DNA of 64,000 nucleotides from Coleofasciculus chthonoplastes F2-STO-03 (GTDB lineage Bacteria; Cyanobacteriota; Cyanobacteriia; Cyanobacteriales; Coleofasciculaceae): NCBI GenBank assembly GCA_040222015.1, contig JAVJWO010000165.1, positions 1 to 64,000 of the forward strand, read 5' to 3'. Shown piece by piece: positions 43,184 to 51,651 of this stretch (position 1 is its first letter; each line of letters starts with the position of its first letter). The notes under the pieces were generated by a model. It saw only the letters and a program-made list of their open reading frames with translations, ran no database searches and was not told where the DNA came from. The position numbers and the translations under genes were made by a program.

Positions 43184-44914
43184 ATGAAACAATCAAGTTT
43201 ACTGTGGAACTATGGGGTGGTTAGCCCGACAATTTTAGCGGCAATATTGGGTGTGGGAGTGAGTGCGATCGCAACTGAAGTCGATTCGCTTCAAACAACC
43301 GCCCCCCTTGCCATTCCAGCCAATCCCAACCATGAAACCATTGTGCCCCTAACCCCGATCGCTCAACGTCCTCATCTTAATCTTAGTGACGATTCCAGCG
43401 ATGAGATTTGGGAGCAACTGAACCACTACAGCAACGAGACAAACACCTTGGATCAAGTAACCAATGTCTCTCAGTTACGGGATGTATCGCCTGGAGACTG
43501 GGCGTATGAAGCCTTGCGATCGCTCGTTGAACGCTATGGTTGTATTGCGGGATATCCTGATGGCACCTATCGAGGAAACCGTGCGATGACTCGTTATGAA
43601 TTTGCCGCCGGGTTAAATGCCTGTTTACAGCAAATCGAACGCTTAATCGCAGGGAATAATGGTGTTGATGGAAGTGACTTAGAAACCTTGCGACGATTAA
43701 TTCAGGAATTTGAAGCCGAACTCGCCACCCTGGGAGCGCGGGTAGATAATTTAGAAGGACGAGTCGCCTTCTTAGAGGATAATCAGTTTTCCACAACCAC
43801 CCAACTATCCGGCGAAGTCGTCTTTGGTTTAGCGGGCGTGGCTGCGGGAGAGGATGCCAATGGAGATGATATCGATAATATAACCATTTTTGGTCATCGC
43901 ACCCGCCTAGAATTAAATACCAGTTTCACCGGGGAAGATGTACTCAGAACCCGACTGCAAGCTGAAGGTTTAGGTTCTCTGACAGAACAGACGATTACAC
44001 CCGAAGGGGATCTTTTCTTTGCCGGAGCAACGGATAGTGATGTTGTGATAGACGCTTTACTCTACGATTTTCCCCTTGGTGAAAATACCCGTGTTGTCAT
44101 TGATGCCAATGCGGGTGCATCTGATGACTTTGCCAGTACCGTTAATCCCTTCCTGGATGGTGATGGGGGTAGTGGGGCGCTGTCTCGCTTTGGAACAAGG
44201 CATTCCATCTATTATTATCTGGATGGTGCAGGTATCGGGATTAATCATGCATTCGGTGACAAGCTAGAACTCAGTGCCGGCTATTTAGCGAGTGAGGCGG
44301 CTGATCCCGGAGATGATACTGGCATATTCAATGGTCCTTATGGGGCGCTTGCCCAGATCCTGTTTAAGCCCAGCGATAGACTGAATATTGGATTAACCTA
44401 TATCCATTCCTACAATCAAGACACCGATACTGGCAGCCGACGCTCCAATTTTCGCAGTTTTACCGAAGACGCGATCGGTAATGCTGTCCCCACATCTAGC
44501 AATTCTTATGGTGTAGAACTATCATGGCGATTAAGCGATCGCTTCGCCCTTGGCGGTTGGGTGGGCTATACCCAAACCACAACCCTTTCGACGCTGGATG
44601 GACAAATTGATCGCGGTGACTTAGATATTTGGAATTGGGCGGTTAGCTTAGCTTTCCCGGATTTAGGCAAAGAAGGGAGTGTCGCTGGGATTTTGGTGGG
44701 GATGGAACCGAAAGTTACTGATTCTAGCGTTAATATTCCAGGATTCAGTACCGAGGATGATGATACGTCGCTGCACATTGAGGCGTTTTATCAGTATCAG
44801 TTAACTGATAACATTGCCATTACACCGGGAATCATCTGGCTCACGGCGCCTGATCACGATAATGATAATGAAGACATTGTAATCGGGGCTATCCGCACCA
44901 CCTTTAGCTTTTAA
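43184..44914 (+). CDS. Cyanobacterial SLH/OprB-type porin
   Basis: VSQLRDVSPGDWAYEAL SLH, FSTTT, terminal RTTFSF. Confidence 0.93.
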   Translation: MKQSSLLWNYGVVSPTILAAILGVGVSAIATEVDSLQTTAPLAIPANPNHETIVPLTPIAQRPHLNLSDDSSDEIWEQLNHYSNETNTLDQVTNVSQLRDVSPGDWAYEALRSLVERYGCIAGYPDGTYRGNRAMTRYEFAAGLNACLQQIERLIAGNNGVDGSDLETLRRLIQEFEAELATLGARVDNLEGRVAFLEDNQFSTTTQLSGEVVFGLAGVAAGEDANGDDIDNITIFGHRTRLELNTSFTGEDVLRTRLQAEGLGSLTEQTITPEGDLFFAGATDSDVVIDALLYDFPLGENTRVVIDANAGASDDFASTVNPFLDGDGGSGALSRFGTRHSIYYYLDGAGIGINHAFGDKLELSAGYLASEAADPGDDTGIFNGPYGALAQILFKPSDRLNIGLTYIHSYNQDTDTGSRRSNFRSFTEDAIGNAVPTSSNSYGVELSWRLSDRFALGGWVGYTQTTTLSTLDGQIDRGDLDIWNWAVSLAFPDLGKEGSVAGILVGMEPKVTDSSVNIPGFSTEDDDTSLHIEAFYQYQLTDNIAITPGIIWLTAPDHDNDNEDIVIGAIRTTFSF

Positions 44915-45308
44915 CTCACATCTTGCCCCATTCAAGGTTAAGCCAAATTGTATTGGCGTTACCCTAATACCAAATCCGGGTTAGCTACCCCCGTTATAAC
45001 CTAGTCCGCGCAGGCGGACTTTGTTTGTGTAGCCGCGATTTCAATCGCCTCCTCTTACTGAGAGGCATAGTAACAACCAGTAACGTTTTCTCTGGAATTT
45101 TTAAATAACTAACACATTATAACAATTTAATGAAAAATCTGCCATCATGCACCTCCTTTTTCTTTACAAAATCTTCATGTAAATAAGGATTTATATTGAT
45201 GTAAAAAAATAAATTTTTGATGAAGTAACAGAGATGTATAACATATTGACTTTAAAACGATTTATTCTAGAAATAGATAAATAATAATTTCATTGGCAGG
45301 ACGAAAAA

Positions 45309-47198
45309 ATGAAACGTCTCGCTCAAACCGCTGCATCAGTTACAATCATTGCCACGGCAACAATTAGCTATTTACCCAATAGAGCCGAGGCAATCACATT
45401 CAATAGTGGAGGAAACGCTATTGAAACAAGCGCCATTAAACAAGGCTCCCTGAGTAAGCTAATGTTTGATTTAGCGCCAATGGCTGTTAATGGAGGCAAT
45501 TATTCTGGGCAGAATGCCTCATTTTCATTGCAGACCTACAATAATAACGTAGTCATTGATGCTGTTGCCGCGAGTGACGTCAATTCTCTCTTGTCTGATT
45601 TACAAGGATTAGGATTGCAAAATGCTTCGATATTTGGCTCCTTTGTGTCAGGGATGCTGCCGATTGATGCTCTCGCGTCTGTAGCACAATTAGAAAGCTT
45701 AAAATTTGCTAAACCAGCCTATAAACCTATAACCAATGTCGGCAAAACAACCAGTCAGGCTAATGTCGCCTTACGTGCAGATATAGCGCGTGAGCAGTTT
45801 GGTGTAGATGGAACCGGGGTGACGATTGGAGTTTTATCGGATAGCTTTAATTTTTCTGGTACAGCCGCAGAGGATGTGGCGAATGGAGATTTGCCATCGG
45901 GTATTCAGGTGCTCAAAGATCTACCCAATGACGGGAGTTTAGGTGACGATATCTTTGGTATCGATGAAGGTCGTGCCATGATGCAACTGATCCATGATGT
46001 GGCTCCAGGCGCAGATTTGGCGTTTCACACGGCGGCTTTTAATGAAACCGATTTTGCCCAAGGGATTCTGGCACTCGCCGATGCAGGTGCGGATATTATT
46101 GTCGATGACATCTTTTATCCCACTGAGCCAATGTTCCAGGATGGAGTCATTGCTCAAGCCATTGATACTGTCGTTGCTCAGGGTGTTTCCTATTTCTCGG
46201 CGGCGGGTAACGATGCTCGACAGTCTTACGAAAGTGCGTTTAATGGCAGTAATCTGTTTGAGGAGTTAGTCGGCGGTGAATTTCATGATTTTGATTCAGG
46301 TGCAGGCGTTGATGTTTTCCAAAGTTTGACGATTCCTGAGAATAGCGGATTTGGTATCTCGTTCCAGTGGGATTCGCCGTTCTTTTCGGTGAGCGGTGGT
46401 GCGGGTTCTCTTAATGATCTGGATATTTTCCTGTTTGATGAGTCAGGAACGAATATATTGGCGAGCAGTGTTAATCAAAATGTGGGGAATGATGCGGTTG
46501 AATTTTTCTCGTTTTTCAATGATGGCTCATTAGGGACAGATGGGTTTAACTTAGCGATATCAAAGGTAGAGGGTTTAGATCCTGGATTGATGAAGTATAT
46601 CTTGTTTGGCGAGGGTACGCTGAACGAGTACGATACTGCCAGTGGAACGGTGTTTGGACATCCTAATGCTAGGGGAGCAGAAACTGTTGGCGCGGCGTTT
46701 TATCAAGATACACCCGAATTTGGTGTTGATCCAGCTTTATTGGAGCCATTTTCCTCAGCAGGACCCACGCCGATTCTGTTTGATACGGCGGGTAATCGCT
46801 TGGCAAATCCGGAGATTCGCTTGAAGCCAGAGATTATTGCGGCTGATGGAACGAATACAACCTTTTTTCCACCTCCTTTCTTAGATCCTAGAGATCCCGA
46901 AGGTGATGGGTTTCCCAACTTCTTTGGTACGTCGGCGGCTGCTCCCCATGCGGCGGCTGTGGCGGCTTTAATTTTGGACGCTGCGCCGGATATGAGTCCA
47001 AGTGAAATTTATCGTATATTGGAAACGACTGCTCTGGATATGGAGAGTCCTGGTTTTGACTTTGACAGTGGTTTCGGTTTAATTCAAGCCGATCGCGCTG
47101 TAGCAGCTGTTGTTCCGGAACCGGGTTCGGTGTTAGGTTTGCTGGTATTCAGTGCTGTGGGGATAGGTGTTCGACTATTCGGGAAGAAGCTTAATTGA
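45309..47198 (+). CDS. S8 subtilase-like protease with PEP-CTERM tail
   Basis: IGVLSDS, SAAGN, FFGTSAAAPH; C-terminal VPEP plus TM helix and basic residues. Confidence 0.88.
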   Translation: MKRLAQTAASVTIIATATISYLPNRAEAITFNSGGNAIETSAIKQGSLSKLMFDLAPMAVNGGNYSGQNASFSLQTYNNNVVIDAVAASDVNSLLSDLQGLGLQNASIFGSFVSGMLPIDALASVAQLESLKFAKPAYKPITNVGKTTSQANVALRADIAREQFGVDGTGVTIGVLSDSFNFSGTAAEDVANGDLPSGIQVLKDLPNDGSLGDDIFGIDEGRAMMQLIHDVAPGADLAFHTAAFNETDFAQGILALADAGADIIVDDIFYPTEPMFQDGVIAQAIDTVVAQGVSYFSAAGNDARQSYESAFNGSNLFEELVGGEFHDFDSGAGVDVFQSLTIPENSGFGISFQWDSPFFSVSGGAGSLNDLDIFLFDESGTNILASSVNQNVGNDAVEFFSFFNDGSLGTDGFNLAISKVEGLDPGLMKYILFGEGTLNEYDTASGTVFGHPNARGAETVGAAFYQDTPEFGVDPALLEPFSSAGPTPILFDTAGNRLANPEIRLKPEIIAADGTNTTFFPPPFLDPRDPEGDGFPNFFGTSAAAPHAAAVAALILDAAPDMSPSEIYRILETTALDMESPGFDFDSGFGLIQADRAVAAVVPEPGSVLGLLVFSAVGIGVRLFGKKLN

Positions 47199-47304
47199 CT
47201 TAAAGCTGGTGGGCAATGCCCACCCTACGGTATATCAAGGGTTGCGGCGATTTCACAATGCTGACTGGAGCGTGCCATTGGAGTTAAAACGGGTTGAATC
47301 AATC

Positions 47305-48042
47305 ATGCGCCAACTGCAAATCCCTCTAATCACGTTTATTTTTTGTCTACTCGTCAGTTGTGGCGAGAACAACTCTCCAAACCCGACAGATACATCATCT
47401 GTGTCTTCTCAAGATGCATCATCGGCGCAGCCATCATCTCCTCGCACCTCACCTGGCGAAAGTCCCACGGTTGATCCTCCTGAATCCACTCAATCGGTTC
47501 AAACCCAACGGATCTCTGCAAAGGGGATTGGATTGGCACAAGTGGGGATGACGCTGGTTGAACTGAAAGAATTGCTGGCAGATCAAGCTGAGTTTCAGGT
47601 GATGTCACCCTTTATGGTCGATTTTGATGCGATCGCGATCGTTCAAGAGGGTAAACCACAATACTACATCTTGTATCCGGCGGGAATACCGATGAGTGAC
47701 GACGATATCATCGAGGCGCTAGTTACAGATAATCTCAATTACCAAACCGTTGACGGTGTTGGACCCGGAACCCCCCTAAACCAAGCAGAAGAGGTTTACG
47801 GAGAGGCGACTCTGACCTATAACACTGTTAACGAGTCGCGGGAATACGTCAAGTTTGCCCAACACCCGTCTCCTGACATAACGTTTCGGCTTGGTGCGGC
47901 GAATGATGATAGCTTGGCTGGAGTCTATCCCTCACCCCAAAAGGAATTTAACCAGACGAAGGAGTATAAGGATACGGCGACGATTCGTTTTGTGGAAGTG
48001 TATTGTGGAAAGGATTGTCCTGTACAACCTCTGCCCAATTGA
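47305..48042 (+). CDS. Hypothetical lipoprotein
   Basis: LLVSC lipobox and Ser/Pro linker; ATG at 47305. Confidence 0.7.
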   Translation: MRQLQIPLITFIFCLLVSCGENNSPNPTDTSSVSSQDASSAQPSSPRTSPGESPTVDPPESTQSVQTQRISAKGIGLAQVGMTLVELKELLADQAEFQVMSPFMVDFDAIAIVQEGKPQYYILYPAGIPMSDDDIIEALVTDNLNYQTVDGVGPGTPLNQAEEVYGEATLTYNTVNESREYVKFAQHPSPDITFRLGAANDDSLAGVYPSPQKEFNQTKEYKDTATIRFVEVYCGKDCPVQPLPN

Positions 48043-48182
48043 TGCATAACCCAGAAAAAATCCCTGTTAGTTGCCCGGAATCGTTCCGGGCTTTTTAGTT
48101 GGGGCATGGGTTGTGCGATCGCGCTTGAATCGTCCTCTCTATAAGCTTTTGAGCCAATCTCAAAAATTTTTTGCCCAAACCC

Positions 48183-48211
48183 TTGACAAATTTGTAGTAT
48201 ATTTGTAGTAT
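48183..48211 (+). promoter_or_regulatory. Sigma70-type promoter of the tRNA array overlapped by tandem ATTTGTAGTAT repeats
   Basis: TTGACA - 17 nt - TAGTAT; 11-bp direct repeat at 48190-48200 and 48201-48211. Confidence 0.8.
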
Positions 48212-48219
48212 ACATTTAA

Positions 48220-48285
48220 GAGCGAAGGGGAAAGAGCCAAACCGCTTGACTCCAGACGCTCATACCGAACCTTGAAAACTGAATA
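48220..48285 (+). promoter_or_regulatory. rrn-type antitermination leader (boxB-like hairpin plus boxA)
   Basis: GAGCG...CGCTC stem then GAACCTTGAAAA (48267-48278), the boxA of cyanobacterial rRNA operons. Confidence 0.65.
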
Positions 48286-48309
48286 TGTAACACATTTTTT
48301 CATCAATGT

Positions 48310-48382
48310 GGGGGCGTAGCTCAATGGCTAGAGCAAAGACCTGTCGAGTCTGAGGTTGCGAGTTCAAGTCTCGTCGCTCCCG
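48310..48382 (+). tRNA. trnD: tRNA-Asp(GTC)
   Basis: Cloverleaf; anticodon loop CTGTCGA; T loop TTCAAGT. Confidence 0.88.
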
Positions 48383-48388
48383 CTATCT

Positions 48389-48462
48389 GGCTCCATCGTC
48401 TAGGTGGACAAGGATCTCTGATTTTCGCTCAGAAGACACGGGTTCAAATCCCGTTGGGGCTA
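48389..48462 (+). tRNA. trnE: tRNA-Glu(TTC)
   Basis: GGCTCCA/TGGGGCT acceptor stem; loop TTTTCGC. Confidence 0.85.
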
Positions 48463-48557
48463 TGACATTGATGAACTAGGTCAAGTTGTCAAGGGGTTGA
48501 AGGGAATACTGACAACTCCTACCTTGACCTTTAAAAGAAGCAGATTATTTGAGGAAG

Positions 48558-48630
48558 GGGAGTATAGCTCAACTGGCAGAGCATACGGCTTTTAACCGTC
48601 TGGTTGCAGGTTCGATTCCTGCTGCTCCCA
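48558..48630 (+). tRNA. trnK: tRNA-Lys(TTT)
   Basis: Cloverleaf; loop CTTTTAA. Confidence 0.9.
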
Positions 48631-48640
48631 CTCAATTTTT

Positions 48641-48713
48641 GGGAGTATAGCTCAGTCGGCAGAGCAGCACCCTCATAAGGTGCCAGTCGCAGGTTCAATC
48701 CTTGCTACTCCTA
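48641..48713 (+). tRNA. tRNA-CAT (elongator Met or Ile2)
   Basis: GCACC CTCATAA GGTGC anticodon arm; paired 1:72. Confidence 0.85.
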
Positions 48714-48720
48714 CTGCTCC

Positions 48721-48792
48721 AGCCTCATCGTCTAGTGGTTAGGACGCTGCCCCCTCAAGGCAGAAAGAGGAGTTCAAGTCTCCTTGGGGCTA
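48721..48792 (+). tRNA. trnE: tRNA-Glu(CTC) with C at position 33
   Basis: CTGCC CCCTCAA GGCAG anticodon arm. Confidence 0.78.
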
Positions 48793-48795
48793 TCT

Positions 48796-48902
48796 GGAGA
48801 GGTGGCTGAATTGGTGAAAGCACTTCCCTGCTAAGGAAGCATGGGGCAACCCATTGCAGCTACTCTTCGAGAACGCTCCGCGAACAAATCCTGTCCTCTC
48901 CG
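48796..48902 (+). pseudogene. trnS: tRNA-Ser(GCT) disrupted in the T arm by a 26-nt repeat
   Basis: GGAGAGG/CCTCTCC acceptor, CTTCC CTGCTAA GGAAG, long variable arm; expected GTTC replaced by 48860-48885. Confidence 0.8.
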
Positions 48903-48907
48903 CTTTG

Positions 48908-48935
48908 TGTAGTATATCGAACCAGACATACTACA
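48908..48935. promoter_or_regulatory. Inverted pair of TGTAGTAT motifs inside the array
   Basis: TGTAGTAT - 12 nt - ATACTACA; same 8-mer as in the array promoter. Confidence 0.55.
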
Positions 48936-48941
48936 TATCCT

Positions 48942-49024
48942 GGGTCGGCTCGCCTATTAGGGTGGGCAACTGTCTGTAAAACAGCCGCTTTCATGCGTTG
49001 CAGGTGCGAATCCTGCCCGACCCA
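48942..49024 (+). tRNA. trnY: tRNA-Tyr(GTA)
   Basis: GGGTCGG/CCGACCC acceptor; loop CTGTAAA; variable arm; T loop TGCGAAT. Confidence 0.82.
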
Positions 49025-49055
49025 TTGAATTTTGGTTTCAAAGTTCAAATCGAAT

Positions 49056-49129
49056 GTAGGGATAGTGTAACGGCAACATCTCGGTCTCCAAAACCGAGGA
49101 TCTGAGTTCAAATCTCAGTCCCTGCGCCA
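49056..49129 (+). tRNA. trnW: tRNA-Trp(CCA), CCA encoded
   Basis: TCGGT CTCCAAA ACCGA anticodon arm. Confidence 0.9.
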
Positions 49130-49140
49130 ATCAAACATTT

Positions 49141-49214
49141 CCCCTGGTAGCTCAGTTGGGTAGAGCGCTTGCCTGAAAAGCAAGAGGTCGTCAGTTCAAT
49201 ACTGACCTAGGGGA
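49141..49214 (+). tRNA. trnF: tRNA-Phe(GAA)
   Basis: CTTGC CTGAAAA GCAAG anticodon arm. Confidence 0.9.
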
Positions 49215-49221
49215 CTGGCAT

Positions 49222-49296
49222 TGCCCTATAGCTCAATGGTAGAGCCACGCGCTGTTAACGCGGGGGTTGTAGGTTCGAGTCCTACTGGGGCAGCCA
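49222..49296 (+). tRNA. trnN: tRNA-Asn(GTT), CCA encoded
   Basis: ACGCG CTGTTAA CGCGG anticodon arm. Confidence 0.9.
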
Positions 49297-49301
49297 TTTA
49301 T

Positions 49302-49376
49302 TGCCCTGTGGTGTAACTGGCAGCATATCTGACTTTGACTCAGACGGTCTAGGTTCAAAACCTGGCGGGGCAGCCA
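49302..49376 (+). tRNA. trnQ: tRNA-Gln(TTG), CCA encoded
   Basis: TCTGA CTTTGAC TCAGA anticodon arm. Confidence 0.9.
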
Positions 49377-49382
49377 AATGAT

Positions 49383-49456
49383 GCTCTTGTAGCCCAATGG
49401 GAAAAGGCACCATCCTAAGAACCTAGTTGTTGCTGGTTCGAGTCCAGTCAGGGGTA
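49383..49456 (+). pseudogene. Leu-like tRNA with unpaired anticodon stem (degenerate or chimeric)
   Basis: Acceptor, D and T arms pair; CCATC CTAAGAA CCTAG does not. Confidence 0.6.
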
Positions 49457-49465
49457 TTGGTGATA

Positions 49466-49542
49466 CGCGGGGATGAAGCAAGAGTGGCTTGCTAGGCTCA
49501 TATCCTGGATATCAGCAGGTGCAACTCCTGCCCCCGCCACCA
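49466..49542 (+). tRNA. Initiator-like tRNA-Met(CAT), CCA encoded
   Basis: CGCGGGG start with C1 mismatch; CTAGG CTCATAT CCTGG; T loop TGCAACT. Confidence 0.75.
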
Positions 49543-49546
49543 AAAT

Positions 49547-49618
49547 GCAGGTGTGGTGTAATGGCTAGCATAGAAGCGTCGTATCCTTCTGATGCGAGTT
49601 CGACTCTCGCCACCTGCT
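49547..49618 (+). tRNA. trnT: tRNA-Thr(CGT)
   Basis: GCAGGTG/CACCTGC acceptor; loop GTCGTAT; C31-C39 mismatch. Confidence 0.78.
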
Positions 49619-49642
49619 TCAAAGTACACACCGACTCGCGAC

Positions 49643-50248
49643 TCAGGCAAAGTTTGAACGTTCACCTTCCCAAATCTGAAGTTGTCGTTCAGCCGCAACG
49701 ATACAATTGAGAAACTTGGGTGGATGTAAAAAGTTGTCATAAGCAACTGCCATCTGTCTAGCCGCTTCGTGATAGGGAATTTGCCCTATTCCTGTGCCTA
49801 ACCCAGGACAGGCAATCCTATCAATTTTTCGGGTGGCATTTTGATTGTATCGTCGAACCGCCAAAAGCATTGCCCACATTGCTGTGTATGGGATATCAGT
49901 GCCAGCAATCGACATGGGTACTCGCATGGTGGGTGTATGAGCTAAAAAAGGGTGTTTTGGATGACCCGTTTCCACGATGAATGAGGTGCCAACAGGCTGT
50001 TCACCTAGGAATTCTTCCAGGATGTGCTGCTGAACGTTGGTCATCAGGGAATTACCAAAAAACCGCACAATTTCTGCATCCATGCCCCCATCCATCATGC
50101 CAAATGAATTGGCAGGGCTAACTAAACAGTCAAATTCGGGCAACCACTGGAAATAGTCGTTGACGATTTCTACGTTGGGTAAATAGCTGAAATACTGTTG
50201 AAATGCTGCAAACAGTTGTGAACTGGGAGCTACAAGTATTAACTTCAA
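49643..50248 (-). CDS. Macro domain protein (ADP-ribose / Appr-1''-p processing)
   Basis: VSPANSFGMMDGGMD, HTPTM, CPGLGTGIG motifs. Confidence 0.88.
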   Translation of the reverse strand: MKLILVAPSSQLFAAFQQYFSYLPNVEIVNDYFQWLPEFDCLVSPANSFGMMDGGMDAEIVRFFGNSLMTNVQQHILEEFLGEQPVGTSFIVETGHPKHPFLAHTPTMRVPMSIAGTDIPYTAMWAMLLAVRRYNQNATRKIDRIACPGLGTGIGQIPYHEAARQMAVAYDNFLHPPKFLNCIVAAERQLQIWEGERSNFA

Positions 50249-50626
50249 GTTGTGAACTGACCTCCGCTTAGAACGCTATTTTAAGGGCAAACTAAGGGGA
50301 GTGTCAACGTACTGGAGTGATTATTGGCAGTTATGAAAATATACTGTTCGCGGTCACAAACTGAGCTTTTGTTATGGTTCACAGAGTCCTGAGCGAAGCA
50401 TCTGGTGAGATTCTTGACTCCGCTTCAGTTCCTTCGCTTCGCTCAGGACTCAGAATGACAGACTCTTAGGACTTACGCAAAAACCCTATCTGTAGGGTGT
50501 GTTAGCGTAGCGTAACGCACCTTAACCAATATATATTTTGAATACAGGTGTTGAATTAAGCCGTTTTGCCCGTGCTAATCTTGCCACCTGTTTATCCATA
50601 ATTTTTATAGAAGAGGAGGTGTAGAA

Positions 50627-51256
50627 ATGACTACGATGACGGTAACTGATGCTTTGGCAGAGTTGACGCTGTTGGAAAAACGGATTGATTCGGCACGAGG
50701 CAATTTAGATAATAATACGTTAATTGCTGTTGTGGAAGTCGGCAAGGTGCCAACAGGCTATAAATCAAGAGAAGACCATGCCTCTAAAGCACGCGCAGCT
50801 TTACAACGAGTTGATGCTTTAATTGACAGACGACGCACCATTAAACGAGCTGTTGTTTTGTCGAATGCCTCCACCATGGTTTCCGTCGCGGGTCAAGAAA
50901 TGACAGTGGCTGAAGCTATCGAGATGAAGAATTTCATCGTGTACTATGAGGCAGTTTTTCACACGATGGTATCGGCGTATACTCGCACTCAGAATGAGTA
51001 CAAAACCGCTCAAGCACGAGTGAAAGATCGACTGGATAAGTTAGCAAAGGAGGTGTTGGGTAAAAATGCTGCGTCTGAAAAATATCAATCTCTGGCGGAT
51101 AGTTTCTTAGAGCGAGAAGGTGTCGAATTGCTCGATCCCACTAACCTCGCAGAAGAGAGCGAGAGACGGCAAGTATTTGTTGAAGAGTTTAAATCAACGG
51201 TTGACCGGGTACTGTCAATTAGCAATGCCCGCACCATGATTGAGATTCCCGACTAA
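50627..51256 (+). CDS. Helical coiled-coil protein of unknown function, loosely DIP1984-like
   Basis: Strong RBS GAGGAGG; internal repeat MTVTDAL / MTVAEAI and SNAST / SNART. Confidence 0.8.
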   Translation: MTTMTVTDALAELTLLEKRIDSARGNLDNNTLIAVVEVGKVPTGYKSREDHASKARAALQRVDALIDRRRTIKRAVVLSNASTMVSVAGQEMTVAEAIEMKNFIVYYEAVFHTMVSAYTRTQNEYKTAQARVKDRLDKLAKEVLGKNAASEKYQSLADSFLEREGVELLDPTNLAEESERRQVFVEEFKSTVDRVLSISNARTMIEIPD

Positions 51257-51261
51257 ACTAG

Positions 51262-51543
51262 AAGTGCTGGTCACTCGAAAGTCTCTAAATTTATGGTATT
51301 AGATGGATAGCTCAATAGCGTAGAGCACATGCTAGTAGAAGCATGAGGTGTCGATTCGCAACCGACTCCATCTACCACTACCTTTAAAGCTTAACGCTCA
51401 ACGCTTAACGCTTAAAGTTCAATCGTTAAAGGTTAGACAGTTAACCCTCAAACCATAAAGGTTAACGATCGATAAAATCCAGGGCGTTGGTTGTAGGTTC
51501 CATAAAACCTTGAGGTTCCCACCTGGCTGAGTGGTCAGCATTT
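51262..51543 (+). ncRNA. Putative structured RNA with an embedded tRNA-like domain and a heptad tract
   Basis: 15-bp closing stem 51262-51276/51529-51543; CCAGG/CCTGG stem; tRNA-like 51301-51377; heptads 51384-51475. Confidence 0.7.
51301..51377 (+). tRNA. tRNA-like element with 8-nt anticodon loop, altered T loop and encoded ACCA
   Basis: AGATGGA/TCCATCT, GCTC/GAGC, CATGC TAGTAGAA GCATG, GTCG ATTCGCAAC CGAC. Confidence 0.65.
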
Positions 51544-51651
51544 CATATTATGTCTGGTTGAATACTCACTGAATAAAGCCAATGACCTAGCTGGCTTAGT
51601 GCTTCACGAATATGACAAATGACAAATGACAAATGACAAATGACGAAATCC

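Noticed and set aside
48860..49746. Short ORFs over the tRNA cluster (48860-49111, 49233-49481, 49489-49710, 49498-49746) and 56049-56261, 56810-57070
   Set aside because: Shadows of RNA genes with no protein-like motifs
51301..51377. Ordinary tRNA-Tyr/Leu or a suppressor tRNA
   Set aside because: 8-nt loop without clear U33 register, no long variable arm and no TTC T loop; anticodon cannot be assigned
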